DNA of 63,534 nt, filler included, from Octopus bimaculoides (Eukaryota), in assembly GCF_001194135.2 (NCBI RefSeq). It is 4 parts of 4 records of this genome, joined end to end, with 100 filler letters (N's around TTAATTAATTAA, not from the genome) between each part and the next. Parts side by side here need not be neighbours in the genome. Positions count along the whole stretch, not along the records: positions 1 to 21,391 come from NC_068993.1; 3 more parts are not named here. One strand, written 5' to 3'. A program made the position numbers and the translations under genes. The stretch's first letter is position 1; every line of letters begins with the position of its first letter. Shown one piece after another: positions 1 to 12,223 of this stretch. The notes below the pieces were generated by a model. That model saw only the letters and a program-made list of their open reading frames with translations. It ran no database searches and had not been told where the DNA came from.

Positions 1-398
1 AGCTTCCTTACCAACCACATGGTTCCGGGTTCATTCCCACTGCGTGGCACCTTGGGCAAGTGTCTTCTACTATAGCCTCGGGCCGACCAAAGCCTTGTGA
101 GTGGATTTGGTAGACGGAAACTGAAAGAAGCCCGTCGTATATATGTATATATATATATATGTATGTGTGTGTATATGTGTGTGTGTCTGTGTTTGTCCCC
201 CCAACATCGCTTGACAACCGATGCTGGTGTGTTTAGGTCCCCGTAACTTAGCGGTTTGGCAAAAGAGATCGATAGAATAAGTACTAGGCTTCCAAAGAAT
301 AAGTCCTGGGGTCGATTTGCTCGACTAAAAAGGCGGTGCCCCAGTATGGCCGTAGTCAAATGACTGAAACAAGTAAAAGAGTAAAAGAGAGTAAGAGT
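1..398 (+). mobile_element. tRNA-derived SINE, group A (5' end cut by window edge)
   Basis: B-box-like GGTTCATTCCC, CCTTGGGCAAGT central motif, internal (TA/TG)n, 3' body ending GACTGAAACAAGTAAAAGAGTAAAAGAG; many near-identical copies in window. Confidence 0.9.
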
Positions 399-435
399 AT
401 ACATACACACACACACACACACACATGTATACACA

Positions 436-608
436 GGCGTGGCTCAGTGGTAAGAAGTTTATTTCCCAACCATATGATTCAGGGTTCAGTCCCACTAAGT
501 GGCACCTTGGGCAAGTGTCTTCTACTAAAACCCCGGGCTGATCAAAAATGTGTGAGTGGATTTAGTAGACGGAAACTGAAAGAAACCCGTGATGTGTGTG
601 TGTGTCTG

Positions 609-669
<61 letters not shown>

Positions 670-760
670 ATCTTTTACCACCACTTGACAACCGGTGTCG
701 GTTTATTTGCGTCCCCGTGACTTAGTAGTTCAGCGTAAAAGAATAAGTGCTGGGCTTTAA
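436..760 (+). mobile_element. SINE group A, diverged copy
   Basis: GGCGTGGCTCAGTGGTAAG A-box, GGGTTCAGTCCC B-box, GGCACCTTGGGCAAGTG, internal (TG)n, degenerate 3' body. Confidence 0.8.
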
Positions 761-898
761 AAACACAGATAGACACCGGGATCAATTATATATGCGTGTT
801 GAGATGGAAGAGGCACATATGAATTTGAGAATATATGTGGATGTGTAAATATCGGTAAAAAAAAAAAGAGCGTGTGAAAACAAAAACCGGATACATAC

Positions 899-970
899 GT
901 AAATATGTTAGACTTTTATAAAGCTTGAAAAGAACGACGTCTAACGGGGAGAAAATCTTGAAGGGACCAC
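899..970 (-). CDS. candidate internal coding exon (72 nt, phase 1-1): GGPFKIFSPLDVVLFKLYKSLTYL
   Basis: minus strand: GGTTATTTTAAGTACAG| acceptor, open frame, TAC|GTATGT donor; no family recognised. Confidence 0.3.
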
Positions 971-1504
971 CTGTACTTAAAATAACCAAGAGCATCAATG
1001 ATTATATGTAGAAATGTAAATAGATAAAATAGTTAGAGAATGTTCTTCTTTTGCATTTATTTTGAAAGGAATGTTGATATAGGTGTTTTGCAGGATTCAT
1101 TGTGTGGAACGGGGCAGATATAGAAACCATTGATATAATGGTTATTTTGTGTTTGGAAAGAAGTTTTGTTTTCTCTCTCTCTCTTTCTTCGCCCTCCCCC
1201 CTTCTCTCTCTCTCTCTCTAACTATCTGTTTCTCCTCCTTTCCCTCTGCTAAATTCTATCCTGATATCAAGTTGAAAATGTTATTAAAATTCAGCATTGT
1301 AAATATTTCCTGTATAGGTGGTAAGACTGTCAACAAAGTAATTAAAGGTGACGTTTGTATTTCTTGCTCTTGTAAACTCTAAGCATATAACTGCTTAATG
1401 TTTTGACAATTTCACTGGAAGCAATGTTAAACCATTTCTGCTTTCTGAAGATTTTTAGAATTAAAAAAAAATAAGAGAAAGGAATACAATTGTGATCAAA
1501 TAAT

Positions 1505-1682
1505 AAGATATTCTTTTCTATTTTAGGCAAAAGGAGCGAAATCTTGGGGGAGTGGGGGGGGGGGAAGCTGTCGATTACATCGACTCCAGTACGCAACTGG
1601 TAAGGATGAAAGGCAAAATCGACCACGGCGGAATTTGAACTCAGAACATAAAAACGGACGAAATACCACTAAGCATTTCGCT
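1505..1682 (-). mobile_element. tRNA-derived SINE, group C (partial)
   Basis: reverse complement matches 21071-21271 (TTCTGAGTTCAAATTCCGCC, TTTGCCTTTCATCC, GTCGATGTAATCGAC). Confidence 0.8.
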
Positions 1683-2789
1683 AAGTTATGGGGTATGTAA
1701 ATAAACCAACAGCAGTTGTGAAGTGGTTAGGGTGAGAAAATAAAGACACACACACACGTACTTATATATATATATCTTCCAAGGAATCTAATGCTCTTAG
1801 CTTAGTTTTCCTTGGGGCTGGCCAGATTGGAGCAATATCGAGTACAACCAGCCGAAATTGCAAAGATAATCTGGATCTCGACTGATGAAAGAAAACTCCG
1901 AATGACTTGTCCTTGTTTTCTCTGTATCGTCTATCTGGACGTTTTGTTGTCCTTTTCTTCTATCACCTAACTGTCTGGATGTTTTGCGTTCTTGTCCCAT
2001 TTTGTATTATTGNNNNNNNNNNNNNNNNNNNNNNNNNNNNNNNNNNNNNNNNNNNNNNNNNNNNNNNNNNNNNNNNNNNNNNNNNNNNNNNNNNNNNNNN
2101 NNNNNNNNNNNNNNNNNNNNNNNNNNNNNNNNNNNNNNNNNNNNNNNNNNNNNNNNNNNNNNNNNNNNNNNNNNNNNNNNNNNNNNNNNNNNNNNNNNNN
2201 NNNNNNNNNNNNNNNNNNNNNNNNNNNNNNNNNNNNNNNNNNNNNNNNNNNNNNNNNNNNNNNNNNNNNNNNNNNNNNNNNNNNNNNNNNNNNNNNNNNN
2301 NNNNNNNNNNNNNNNNNNNNNNNNNNNNNNNNNNNNNNNNNNNNNNNNNNNNNNNNNNNNNNNNNNNNNNNNNNNNNNNNNNNNNNNNNNNNNNNNNNNN
2401 NNNNNNNNNNNNNCTTAACGCTATATATAGATCAACTCATACCCCACAATTTGTCTCGGTCCAGTTTCTCTTTGAGAACTGTTCCGTGTACCACACGACA
2501 GCAGCAGCAGTTCCAGCGACCACTTCAACAGCTTCGTCCAGCCAACGATGACCTCCGCCGTCGCCACATCAGCAACAAGAGTCTACGACTACTATCCAGC
2601 ATCATCGTCATGACCAACACGATTCTACGATTACTACTACCGAGCATCAATCTCCACCAGCGTCAACACGACTTACTATGTACACCACACCAAACTACCG
2701 CGGCACATCTCTCTCTTCGATTCTGTTAGGTGACTCAGCTTCACCACGGTAAATAAACAGACAAGAGTTCTTAAACAGACATGCTGTAC

Positions 2790-3150
2790 TACTTGGCATT
2801 CGCGCCAGAAGTGATAAAAATTGCGCCGAGAGTGATAAAAATCAAACATCCAGTGATGGCGACGTTATGCCTCCATTCATCTTCCCACACGGCCTGAGAC
2901 TCAACAGAGAGGCCTACATCAAGTACCTGGAGGAAGTAGTGCTGCCCTGTGTCAAGTAGTGCTGCACCATGCCACACAAGCAAGAGAACCCAGTGATGGC
3001 TGTCAAACAATTTCTGCAACCACATCACCCCTAACAACTGGCTACCTAATTCCCCAGATTGCAACCCCTTTGATTGTTATGTGTGGAGCGCAGTTTAGCG
3101 AGAGACCAACAAAACTCCTTGTAGAATGATGAATACCAAAGATGAATCGA
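2790..3150 (+). mobile_element. Tc1/mariner transposase relic, internally deleted
   Basis: manual translation SDGDVMPPFIFPHGLRLNREAYIKYLEEVVLP..CHTSKRTQ*WLSNNFCNHITPNNWLPNSPDCNPFDCYVWSAV; matches the WPxxSPDxNPxD catalytic-domain motif of Tc1/mariner. Confidence 0.85.
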
Positions 3151-3224
3151 ACCTAAGAACACGTGAATCGAACATAAAGGATGAAAGGGTCAAATATCCT
3201 TCCCGAAGCAAATAATCTGAAAAA

Positions 3225-3423
3225 AACCGGTCCCCCGGCTTCTGTGGCGTAAACGTTTCCCCCTAAATGGGATGCCGAATCGTGGTAGGATTACTCATTT
3301 ATTACCAGCTGAGTGGATTGAAGTGTTTTGCTCAAGAACAAAACTAATTGCCCGGTCCAGGAATCGAAACCACAATCTTACGACCAGGAGTCCAACACCT
3401 TAACTACTAAACCACGCAGCTCC
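3225..3423 (-). mobile_element. tRNA-derived SINE, group B, diverged
   Basis: reverse complement gives head with GTTTCGATTCCTGGACCGGG and TTCTTGAGCAAAACAC as in 7655-7883 and 44133-44370. Confidence 0.75.
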
Positions 3424-3960
3424 ATTGAAGAGAAGATACATTAAAAAACATACATACATACATACATACATACATATGTAATTACGTATATATATACATA
3501 CACACACATACATACATGCATACGTACATACATACGTTATATATGTATATATGCACCAATATATACATACACAGAAACATGCATACATATATACATGTAC
3601 GTCATATACTCACATACATGCATACATACATATAAACATGCTCAAATGCATAAGTACATACGCACATACATGCATATGTATACATACATAATACATACAT
3701 CACACACATACATAATACATACATCACACACATACATGCACTCACACACATGCATACAAACATATATGATCACATACATACACCATATACTCGTGCGAAC
3801 ATGCATATACACTCCCATTCGCACACGTAGATAGAAACAGAGAGAGTGGGTCTGGTAAAGAGAGAGAAAGGGGGAAAGAAAGAAAGAAAGAAATACAGAA
3901 AGAAAGAAAGAAAGAAAGAGAGATAAGGAGAGAGAAAAGATCTATATATATATATATATA

Positions 3961-4171
3961 TACTCTTTTACTCTTTTACTTGTTTCAGTCTTTTGACTGC
4001 GGCCATGCTGGAGCACCGCCTTTAGTCGAAGAAATCGACCCCAGGACTTATTCTTTGGAAGCCTAGTACCTATTCCACCGGTCTCCCCTGCCGAACCACT
4101 AAGTCACGGGGACATAAACACACCAGCATCGGTTGTCAAGCGATGTTGGGGGGACAAACACAGACACACAA

Positions 4172-4202
<31 letters not shown>

Positions 4203-4286
4203 CACATATACGACGGGCTTCTTTCAGTTTCCGTCTACCAAATCCACTCACAAGGCATTGGTCGGCCCGAGGCTATAGTGGAAGGC
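3961..4286 (-). mobile_element. SINE group A (head lost in gap)
   Basis: reverse complement of 1-398 from TACTCTTTTACTCTTTTACTTGTTTCAGTC to the gap. Confidence 0.9.
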
Positions 4287-4797
4287 NNNNNNNNNNNNNN
4301 NNNNNNNNNNNNNNNNNNNNNNNNNNNNNNNNNNNNNNNNNNNNNNNNNNNNNNNNNNNNNNNNNNNNNNNNNNNNNNNNNNNNNNNNNNNNNNNNNNNN
4401 NNNNNNNNNNNNNNNNNNNNNNNNNNNNNNNNNNNNNNNNNNNNNNNNNNNNNNNNNNNNNNNNNNNNNNNNNNNNNNNNNNNNNNNNNNNNNNNNNNNN
4501 NNNNNNNNNNNNNNNNNNNNNNNNNNNNNNNNCAGACAGACAGATAGACAAACAGACAGACAGACAGATAGACAGACAGGCAGACAGGCAGACAGACAGA
4601 CAGACAGAAAGATTTCATAATAAGCTAGAAGGAAAGAAGAATTCCATCAAACTCACAAAAATTGTCCAGCTTCACTGTGACGTCTGCAAAACTAATTCCA
4701 AGAGGCAGCCATGAAGCTGCGCGAGTGCTGTTTAGTCAGTCTCTTTCACAACTGATTATTGTTGACATTCTTGTCTGACTGTAGCAGCTCTCATTGG

Positions 4798-4838
<41 letters not shown>

Positions 4839-5327
4839 TTGTATATGTATATATGCGTCTTGTATGCCAGAGAAATACATAGACATATACCATGTATTAT
4901 ACATCGTACATACACAAACTTATAAAACACCAAACGTTAATTATATGTATAGACAGGCATCGGACGTATATGTGGTATTTAGAAACACGTGTGTAAAGTG
5001 AAAAGAGTGGAGGAGGGGAAAATAAACACGAATTCACTACAGATTTGTGTAAAGGCACAGTACATACGCTTACATACGTCAGCGTTCGTCCACAACTTCC
5101 CAAACAGATAACAGACAGCGATGCAGTGATTCACTCAATCGTACACATACATAGGCGCACGCGCACACACACACACAACATAATCAATTCCATTAAGCAG
5201 AAATTTTAACGTAATTCGCTTTATTTGAAAAGTAGAAATGGGTGCATAGAACATTATATATATATTTCTCTATATACATGTGTACGCAAGTGATGTGGTT
5301 CTCAGTTTATGTATAAATCGATCACAT

Positions 5328-5373
<46 letters not shown>

Positions 5374-5702
5374 CGATGATGATAATGATGGTGGTGGTGG
5401 TGGTATTGGGGTTGATTTTATATTATCGCTTATATTATCTTTTATTTATTTTTATATCTTACTATGGCTATTGTCTTCCGGCCATTGTTGGTGTTACAGT
5501 TAACTTTCGTAAGCTTGTGTATATTTTGATTTTTGTCATCATCATCATCATCATCACCATCATCATGAAAAGTTCCATAGCGTATGGAACAATGGAAAAT
5601 TGAATATATTTATGTAAAACCTGTGTCCGAGAACCTGTAAAGTACAAACATTCATTCACACTTTCGCACACACATAATACATAATATAACATGCATAAAT
5701 GC

Positions 5703-5745
<43 letters not shown>

Positions 5746-5879
5746 ATATATATAAAATACACTGCTTTATTTTGAGTTTGCTAGTGTTAGCAATACTCGC
5801 AAATAAAATTGGAGATGTAGCGCTCCAAGTGAGCTATTAATTATGTTCTTCTAATTTCCGCTNNNNNNNNNNGTGCCAG

Positions 5880-6087
5880 TGTTTGTCCGCCCTAACATCG
5901 CTTGACAACCGATGCTGGTGTGTTTACGTTCCCGTAAATTAGCGGTTCGGCAAAAAGAGCCGATAGAATAAGTACTAGGCTTACAAAGAATAAGTTCTGG
6001 GGTCGATTTGCTCAACTAAAAGGCGGTGCTCCAGCATGGCCACAGTCAAATGACTGAAACAAAGAAACGAATAAAAGAATAAAAGAA
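5880..6087 (+). mobile_element. SINE group A, 3' half
   Basis: CATCGCTTGACAACCGATGCTGG...GGCGGTGCTCCAGCATGG...TAAAAGAATAAAAGAAT. Confidence 0.9.
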
Positions 6088-6104
6088 TATATGTATATAT
6101 ATAT

Positions 6105-6479
6105 ATAATAATAATATAAATAATATATAAACATATGTATATATCCATACATATATGTACATACCTACATCTATATGTATACATACATGCATATATGGTT
6201 ACAGGACATCACAAAAAAACGTTAAATACAATGAGAAACGTAAACATAAAGAAGAAAACAAAAAACGAACTTTGTTCGAACAACGAAGAAAACTGAGTTC
6301 GTTGTTCGAACAAAGTTCGTTTTTTGTTTTCTTCTTTATGTTTACGTTTCTCATTATGTTTAACTTTTTTTTGTGATGTCCTGTAACCATATATGCATGT
6401 ATGTATACATATAGATGTAGGTATATACATATATGTAAGGATATATGCATATGTTTATATATTATTTATATTATTATAT
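6105..6479. repeat. long inverted repeat / palindrome, ~180-bp arms, 10-nt spacer
   Basis: 6230-6287 is the exact reverse complement of 6298-6355; outer arms match with scattered substitutions; spacer GAAAACTGAG at 6288-6297. Confidence 0.95.
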
Positions 6480-7198
6480 GATCGAACGCCACGCATCCTT
6501 TCCCAAGTAAGTTTTATTTATATGTGTGTGTGTGTGTGTGTGTGATCTTATTCTACATATTCCCCTCTCAGATTCACACACTTATTGCAGCTGTCCTTCA
6601 GTTTTTCTAAGCTCTGTAAAAAACCTGGGAATGTTTGGCCTCCAACCAGGCCTTTCGCGACACCCTTAAAGTCAGGAACATTTCAGCACCCCCTCGGGGA
6701 AAATGTTACCGTCGGTAACAGGAACTTTTCGGTACCTACTCGAGAGAATGTTACCGTCGGTTTCACGTGCAATATTACCAGACAATATTCACGGCTCTTC
6801 AGATATACTGGTCGAAAATCATAGCTTCTTCAGCTCTCGATTTACATAGATCCCCAAGATAAAATCGGTGTCGCCAATTGGCAGTATTCAGCACAAAACA
6901 AATGATAACATTCCGACCAGTTATATGCCATAACCAGTAATATATTAGTTACATCGAATGTACTTTTGCTTCAGATTTATGGAGAACTGACAATATACAG
7001 AGTGGGCCAAAAGTCACATACCAAAACACTTGACACGTTGTTACCCTGCACGCGTAAGTGAAAGCAAGGTATTGTTATCGCTTGTCTTTGTCTGTTTGTG
7101 TGTTTGCAAAATTACTGGAAAACGACTGAATGGATTTTTATCAAGTTTGACGGAAATACCCATTAGGTAAGTGGAAATTCGGTTTGATTATCTTCAAA

Positions 7199-7637
7199 CA
7201 TACATATGCGACTCTGTGTGTGTGTGTGTGTGTGCGCGCGCGCGTGAACAGTGATGGATTCGAGGGTTTCGTTTATTTACGAGCTGATTTCTTAATTTCA
7301 CCGGAGTATAAATACCTATAATGGCGAAACAATTCTCAAATTCTATGCAGTATTTCTGTAAATATTACATTTTGTTCGACCTCTTTTTCATATGAATCGC
7401 TCCTCGTCTGCGTGTGTATAGATCATGATGTATCTATGCGCGTAGACACGCGTGGGTGCATGCATACATACATACATACATACATACATACATGCACACA
7501 TACATACATGCACACATACATACATACATATGCGACTCTGTGTGTGTGTGTGTGTGTGTGTGTACAGTGAAGGATTCGAGGGTTTAGTTTATTTACGAGT
7601 TGATTTCTTAACTTCACCGGAGTATAAATACCTATAA
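7199..7637. repeat. local direct duplication (7199-7320 vs 7527-7637)
   Basis: CATATGCGACTCTG(TG)n..CAGTGA(T/A)GGATTCGAGGGTTT..TTCACCGGAGTATAAATACCTATA present twice. Confidence 0.9.
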
Positions 7638-7654
7638 AATAAATAAATAAATAA

Positions 7655-7883
7655 ATGCGCCCTTTTAAAGCCTAGCCAGGCTCATGGGCCCGGTTTCCCG
7701 GTTTCAATGGCGTATGTGTTCCCCAGGTGGACGGGACGCCAGTCCATCGCAGCGTTAGTCATTTTTGCCAGCTGAGTGGACTGGAGCAACGTGAAATGAA
7801 GTGTTTTGCTCAAGAATACAACGCGTCGCCCGGTCCAGGAATCGAAACCACAATCTTACGATCATGGTGCTAACACTCTTAAC
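7655..7883 (-). mobile_element. SINE group B (GGCTAGGCTTTAAAAGGGCGCAT tail type)
   Basis: near-identical to 44133-44370; tRNA-like head on minus strand, (TAAA)n tail. Confidence 0.9.
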
Positions 7884-7964
7884 GTTATTATAAGTAATTT
7901 CCACAGTAAATTTCCGTTTATTGTATCGAATGCCCTGTTAGAGTCTATAAAATCGTGAGTTTTC

Positions 7965-8260
7965 TACTCTTTTACTTGTTTCAGTCATTTGACTGCGACC
8001 ATACTGGAGCACCGCCTTTAGTCGAGCAAATCGACCCCAGGACTTATTCTTTGGATGCCTAGTACTTATTCTATCGGTCTCTTTTGCCGAACCGCTAAGT
8101 TACGGGGACGTAAACACACCATCATCGGTTGTCAAGCGACGTTGGGGGGGACAAACACAGACACACAAACATATACACACACATACATACATACATATAT
8201 ACGACAGGCTTCTTTCAGTTTCCGTCTACCAAATCCACTCACAAGGCTTTGGTCGGCCCG
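7965..8260 (-). mobile_element. SINE group A (head lost in gap)
   Basis: reverse complement of 1-398. Confidence 0.9.
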
Positions 8261-9004
8261 NNNNNNNNNNNNNNNNNNNNNNNNNNNNNNNNNNNNNNNN
8301 NNNNNNNNNNNNNNNNNNNNNNNNNNNNNNNNNNNNNNNNNNNNNNNNNNNNNNNNNNNNNNNNNNNNNNNNNNNNNNNNNNNNNNNNNNNNNNNNNNNN
8401 NNNNNNNNNNNNNNNNNNNNNNNNNNNNNNNNNNNNNNNNNNNNNNNNNNNNNNNNNNNNNNNNNNNNNNNNNNNNNNNNNNNNNNNNNNNNNNNNNNNN
8501 NNNNNNNNNNNNNNNNNNNNNNNNNNNNNNNNNNNNNNNNNNNNNNNNNNNNNNNNNNNNNNNNNNNNNNNNNNNNNNNNNNNNNNNNNNNNNNNNNNNN
8601 NNNNNNNNNNNNNNNNNNNNNNNNNNNNNNNNNNNNNNNNNNNNNNNNNNNNNNNNNNNNNNNNNNNNNNNNNNNNNNNNNNNNNNNNNNNNNNNNNNNN
8701 NNNNNNNNNNNNNNNNNNNNNNNNNNNNNNNNNNNNNNNNNNNNNNNNNNNNNNNNNNNNNNNNNNNNNNNNNNNNNNNNNNNNNNNNNNNNNNNNNNNN
8801 NNNNNNNNNNNNNNNNNNNNNNNNNNNNNNNNNNNNNNNNNNNNNNNNNNNNNNNNNNNNNNNNNNNNNNNNNNNNNNNNNNNNNNNNNNNNNNNNNNNN
8901 NNNNNNNNNNNNNNNNNNNNNNNNNNNNNNNNNNNNNNNNNNNNNNNNNNNNNNNNNNNNNNNNNNNNNNNNNNNNNNNNNNNNNNNNNNNNNNNNNNNN
9001 NNNN

Positions 9005-9264
9005 CCCCCCCCCCCACACACACACACAAACACACCGCAGTCGACGCCACCACCGCCACTACTGTACCACAAGTTACAACACCATCACGTTCTGTTCCCT
9101 CATCACCACCTTCACAACTACCACAGCAGCCGTTACTGCGACACCACCACCACCACCACCACCACCATCATTGCACCACTGCTACCACTACCAACACAGC
9201 CAGAGTATGTCAAGAGAAAGGCCACAACTAACCTGTACATACAACCAGGATATAACCACCAGCA

Positions 9265-9295
<31 letters not shown>

Positions 9296-9575
9296 ATACT
9301 ACTACTGCTGCTGCTACTACAACTACTACCACGACCGCCGCCATTGGCAATACTATTACGACTACAACTACCACTACCACCGCAACTACTATTACTAATA
9401 CTGCTACCACCACTACTACCATCATATCCATCACCACTATTACTACCAGCACCACCACAACTGCCATCACCACCATCACAGCACCACCATCACCACCACT
9501 ACTACTACTGCTGCTGCTGCTACTGCTGCTGCCTGCTGCTGCTTGCTGCTGCTGCTGCTGCTGCTGCAACAGCAA
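9005..9575. repeat. compound trinucleotide low-complexity tract (CAC/TAC/CTG)n
   Basis: visible degenerate triplet arrays. Confidence 0.9.
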
Positions 9576-9696
9576 TGCGGAATATGTGAACAGACAGGAA
9601 ACGCTACAATTATGTCCACTCCAAGCATTACATCATTAACGTGTTTAATTGTCGGTAGTGGATTGGCTTTTGTTGCTCTAATTATCTCCAACTTAA

Positions 9697-9746
<50 letters not shown>

Positions 9747-9961
9747 AGTCTCATTCTTTTTATAACAGCACAGTACACCCTCTCTCTTCCGCTCCCCGCT
9801 TTTAATGGCACAATACAGTGTGTGTGTGTGTGTGTGTGGCTCAATGAAGCCAGGGCTCCCGCAGTTCAGTGTGTGTGCGTGTGACTCAGTAGGGTTAGGA
9901 CTTTATAGTAGAGAGGAGAAATCCTTAACAAAGCCAAGTATTCAATAGTATAGAGTTTAAT

Positions 9962-10322
9962 GTTCTTGTTTTGCCCCCAGATCAACCCGAATTGAGCAGT
10001 CCTATATTCACAAGAGTAACAGCCATGACTATCCAAACCATTTGTATATCTAAGACATTATCCAACGTAATTTCTATTTACTTATTTTTGGCTAGTAGAC
10101 GTGGTGTTGTTGTTAGCCACAGCTCAGTCCGGATTGAGAAAGCCAATATTCAGAGGCGTACCATCCGCGACCATCCAGCCTTTTGTAAATCTAAGATGTT
10201 CAACGTGTTAGCGGTGATATTTTTGTTTAGCCCTAGGTCAGTCCGGATTGAGTAGACCTATATTCACAGGCGTACCATCTTCGACCATCCGGCCTTTTGT
10301 ATATCTCAGACATTGTCCAACG
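9962..10322 (-). repeat. three diverged tandem ~120-140 bp units, possibly retroposon 3' tails
   Basis: unit TTGTT(T/G)AGCC..CAG(T/C)CCG(G/A)ATTGAG..CCTATATTCA..GACCATCC..TTTGTA(T/A)ATCT..GAC..TCCAACG repeated three times; minus strand ends in AAC-rich tail. Confidence 0.7.
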
Positions 10323-10384
10323 AGTTCGTTTTTTGTTTTCACTCATTTATTTATTTATATTATTATTATTATTACTATTATAAA

Positions 10385-10424
<40 letters not shown>

Positions 10425-10574
10425 GTTAATATAGTTGTGATGCGAATTGAAAGGATCTGGTTGCTGTTACTAGCAATTCGAGCGAGCACATTTTGGGTCC
10501 CCGGTGCAGAATGTGACCCAGTGATGCAATACAATATTTTAATGTAGTTCCTATGGTAGATTATACGTGCAGTA

Positions 10575-10742
10575 TGGTCGAACGATTAAGAAATTGGCAC
10601 CACAATCACGAAGTCTTGGGTTCGATCCCACAGTATAGCATCCTGGATTGATGTCTTTTTGCATATCCTCCATGTCCTCCAAGCTTTGTGAGGAAAATTG
10701 GGTTGACAGAAATTGTGTGAAAGCCAGTCGGATGGACTATAC
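10575..10742 (+). mobile_element. old SINE, group-A-like head
   Basis: GGGTTCGATCCCAC B-box and degenerate GCTTTGTGAG..GACAGAAATTGTGTGAAAGCC body. Confidence 0.5.
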
Positions 10743-10769
10743 CTGCAGTTTAAAAATCCACCCTTGACA

Positions 10770-10912
10770 TTCACTGTGCCAGAGTGATTCTGCCTAAAGA
10801 TTACGCTAAATGTATGTGTCTGTGGAATACTCAGCCACTTACATGCTAATTTAATGAGCAGTTAATTCAGTTGAGTGAGCAATTAAATATCCATCGTCGA
10901 AACTGCTGGAGG
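10770..10912 (+). mobile_element. old 3' body of the SINE type seen at 53201-53523
   Basis: GATTACG..AA..GT(G/A)TGTCTGTGGA.TACTCAGCCACTT..TAATTT..GAGCAG collinear with 53370-53515. Confidence 0.55.
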
Positions 10913-10935
10913 ATCTAATTACATGCAGCATAAGT

Positions 10936-11270
10936 GAGGGCGCATGGTTCAGTGGTTAGAGCGTCGGGCTCACGATCATGAGGTAGTGAGTTCGATTCCC
11001 GGACAGGGCTGTGTGTTGTGTTCTTGAGCAAAACGCTTTTATTTCACGTTGCTCCAGTTCACTCAGCCGTAGAAATGAGTTGTGACATCACTGATGCCAA
11101 GCTGTATCGGCCTTTGCCTATCCCTTGGATAACATCGGTGGCGTGGAGAGGGGAGGCTGGTACGCATGGGCAACTGCTGGTCTTCCGTAAACAACCTTGC
11201 TCGGACTCGTGCCTTGGAGGGGACATTTCTAGGTGCAATCCCATGATTATTCATGACCGAAGGGGGTCTT
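10936..11270 (+). mobile_element. SINE group B (GACCGAAGGGGGTCT tail type), full length
   Basis: A-box TGGTTCAGTGGTTAG, B-box GAGTTCGATTCCC; close match to 49014-49336. Confidence 0.9.
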
Positions 11271-11288
11271 ACTAAGATTATAGTTATC

Positions 11289-11541
11289 TAGTGGTTCTCA
11301 ACTGGTGTCCACACGACGCTTGAGGGTTCATATAAGATTATGTTAAAATTTATGCGTAATAAATCCCTTATTCATCTACAATACACAAAATATTTCAATT
11401 TCTTTATTCAATCCCTAATAATATTTAATTATAAGAATATATTAAGATTTTTTAAAACATCGAATGGCTATGGGGGGTCCACAGGAATAAAATAGAAATC
11501 AGGGCTGTTCTTCATAAGCAGAAAACGGTTGAGAACCAATG
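11289..11541. mobile_element. hAT-type MITE
   Basis: terminal inverted repeats TAGTGGTTCTCAAC / GTTGAGAACCAATG resembling CAGTGGTTCTCAAC hAT ends; no clean TSD. Confidence 0.7.
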
Positions 11542-12223
11542 TACTAGAATGTTGCCTGTCATATGATGGACAACTTTGGAAGCATGCTTTGGTCACTACA
11601 GGTAATATGAAGAAATATATCAAACGAGTACATACAATAATTATAGTTTAAGTTTTATGTAATTTCTTGGTACTTACACTAAATGAAATGAATATTACTT
11701 TTTTTCAAAAGAAAAATATTTATATTATCAAAATAAGATTAGATTAAATGTAACGAATTTCTCATTAGTATATTTGTAATAAATATATGTTGTTATCAAT
11801 AGCTATTTTGCTTGTTATTATTAATGTTATCAACATAATTGTAATCTATTCTTCGAAAACCTTTCTCTATAAAATTTCATTTAAAAATATGTATTTCTCG
11901 GAAACGTTTAAGACACTCATCCTGCAAATTCTTATGCTAATTCTCTCTCTCTCTCGTTCTCTCTATCTCTCTCTCTCTCTATCTCTCTCTCTCTATCTCT
12001 CTCTCTCTCTTTCTCTCTCTCTCTTTCTCTTTCTCTATCTCTCTTTATCTCTCTCTCTCTCTTTCTCTCTCTCTCTTTATCTCTCTCTCTCTATCTCTCT
12101 CTCTCTATCTCTCTCTCTCTATCTCTTTATCTCTCTCAAGCGCTTTTGGGCAGCGAACCGGTGAACAAACAACACAAACACATTGAGCATGTGCGATCGA
12201 TTATATATATATATATATATATA

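Noticed and set aside
1875-1915. CTGATGA motif followed by CCGAA as a hammerhead
   Set aside because: No GAAA core and no convincing helix II or helix I; the surrounding 1775-2012 segment may still be a related TA-adjacent repeat
6975-7053. Plus-strand exon candidate (TTTTGCTTCAG| .. |GTAAGT, open frame)
   Set aside because: Contains a TA-CAGAGTGGGCCAAAAGT mariner-like terminus, and the donor lies in what looks like another interspersed repeat
10936-11010. tRNA genes at A/B-box heads
   Set aside because: No closed acceptor stem and each continues into a SINE body; these are SINE heads
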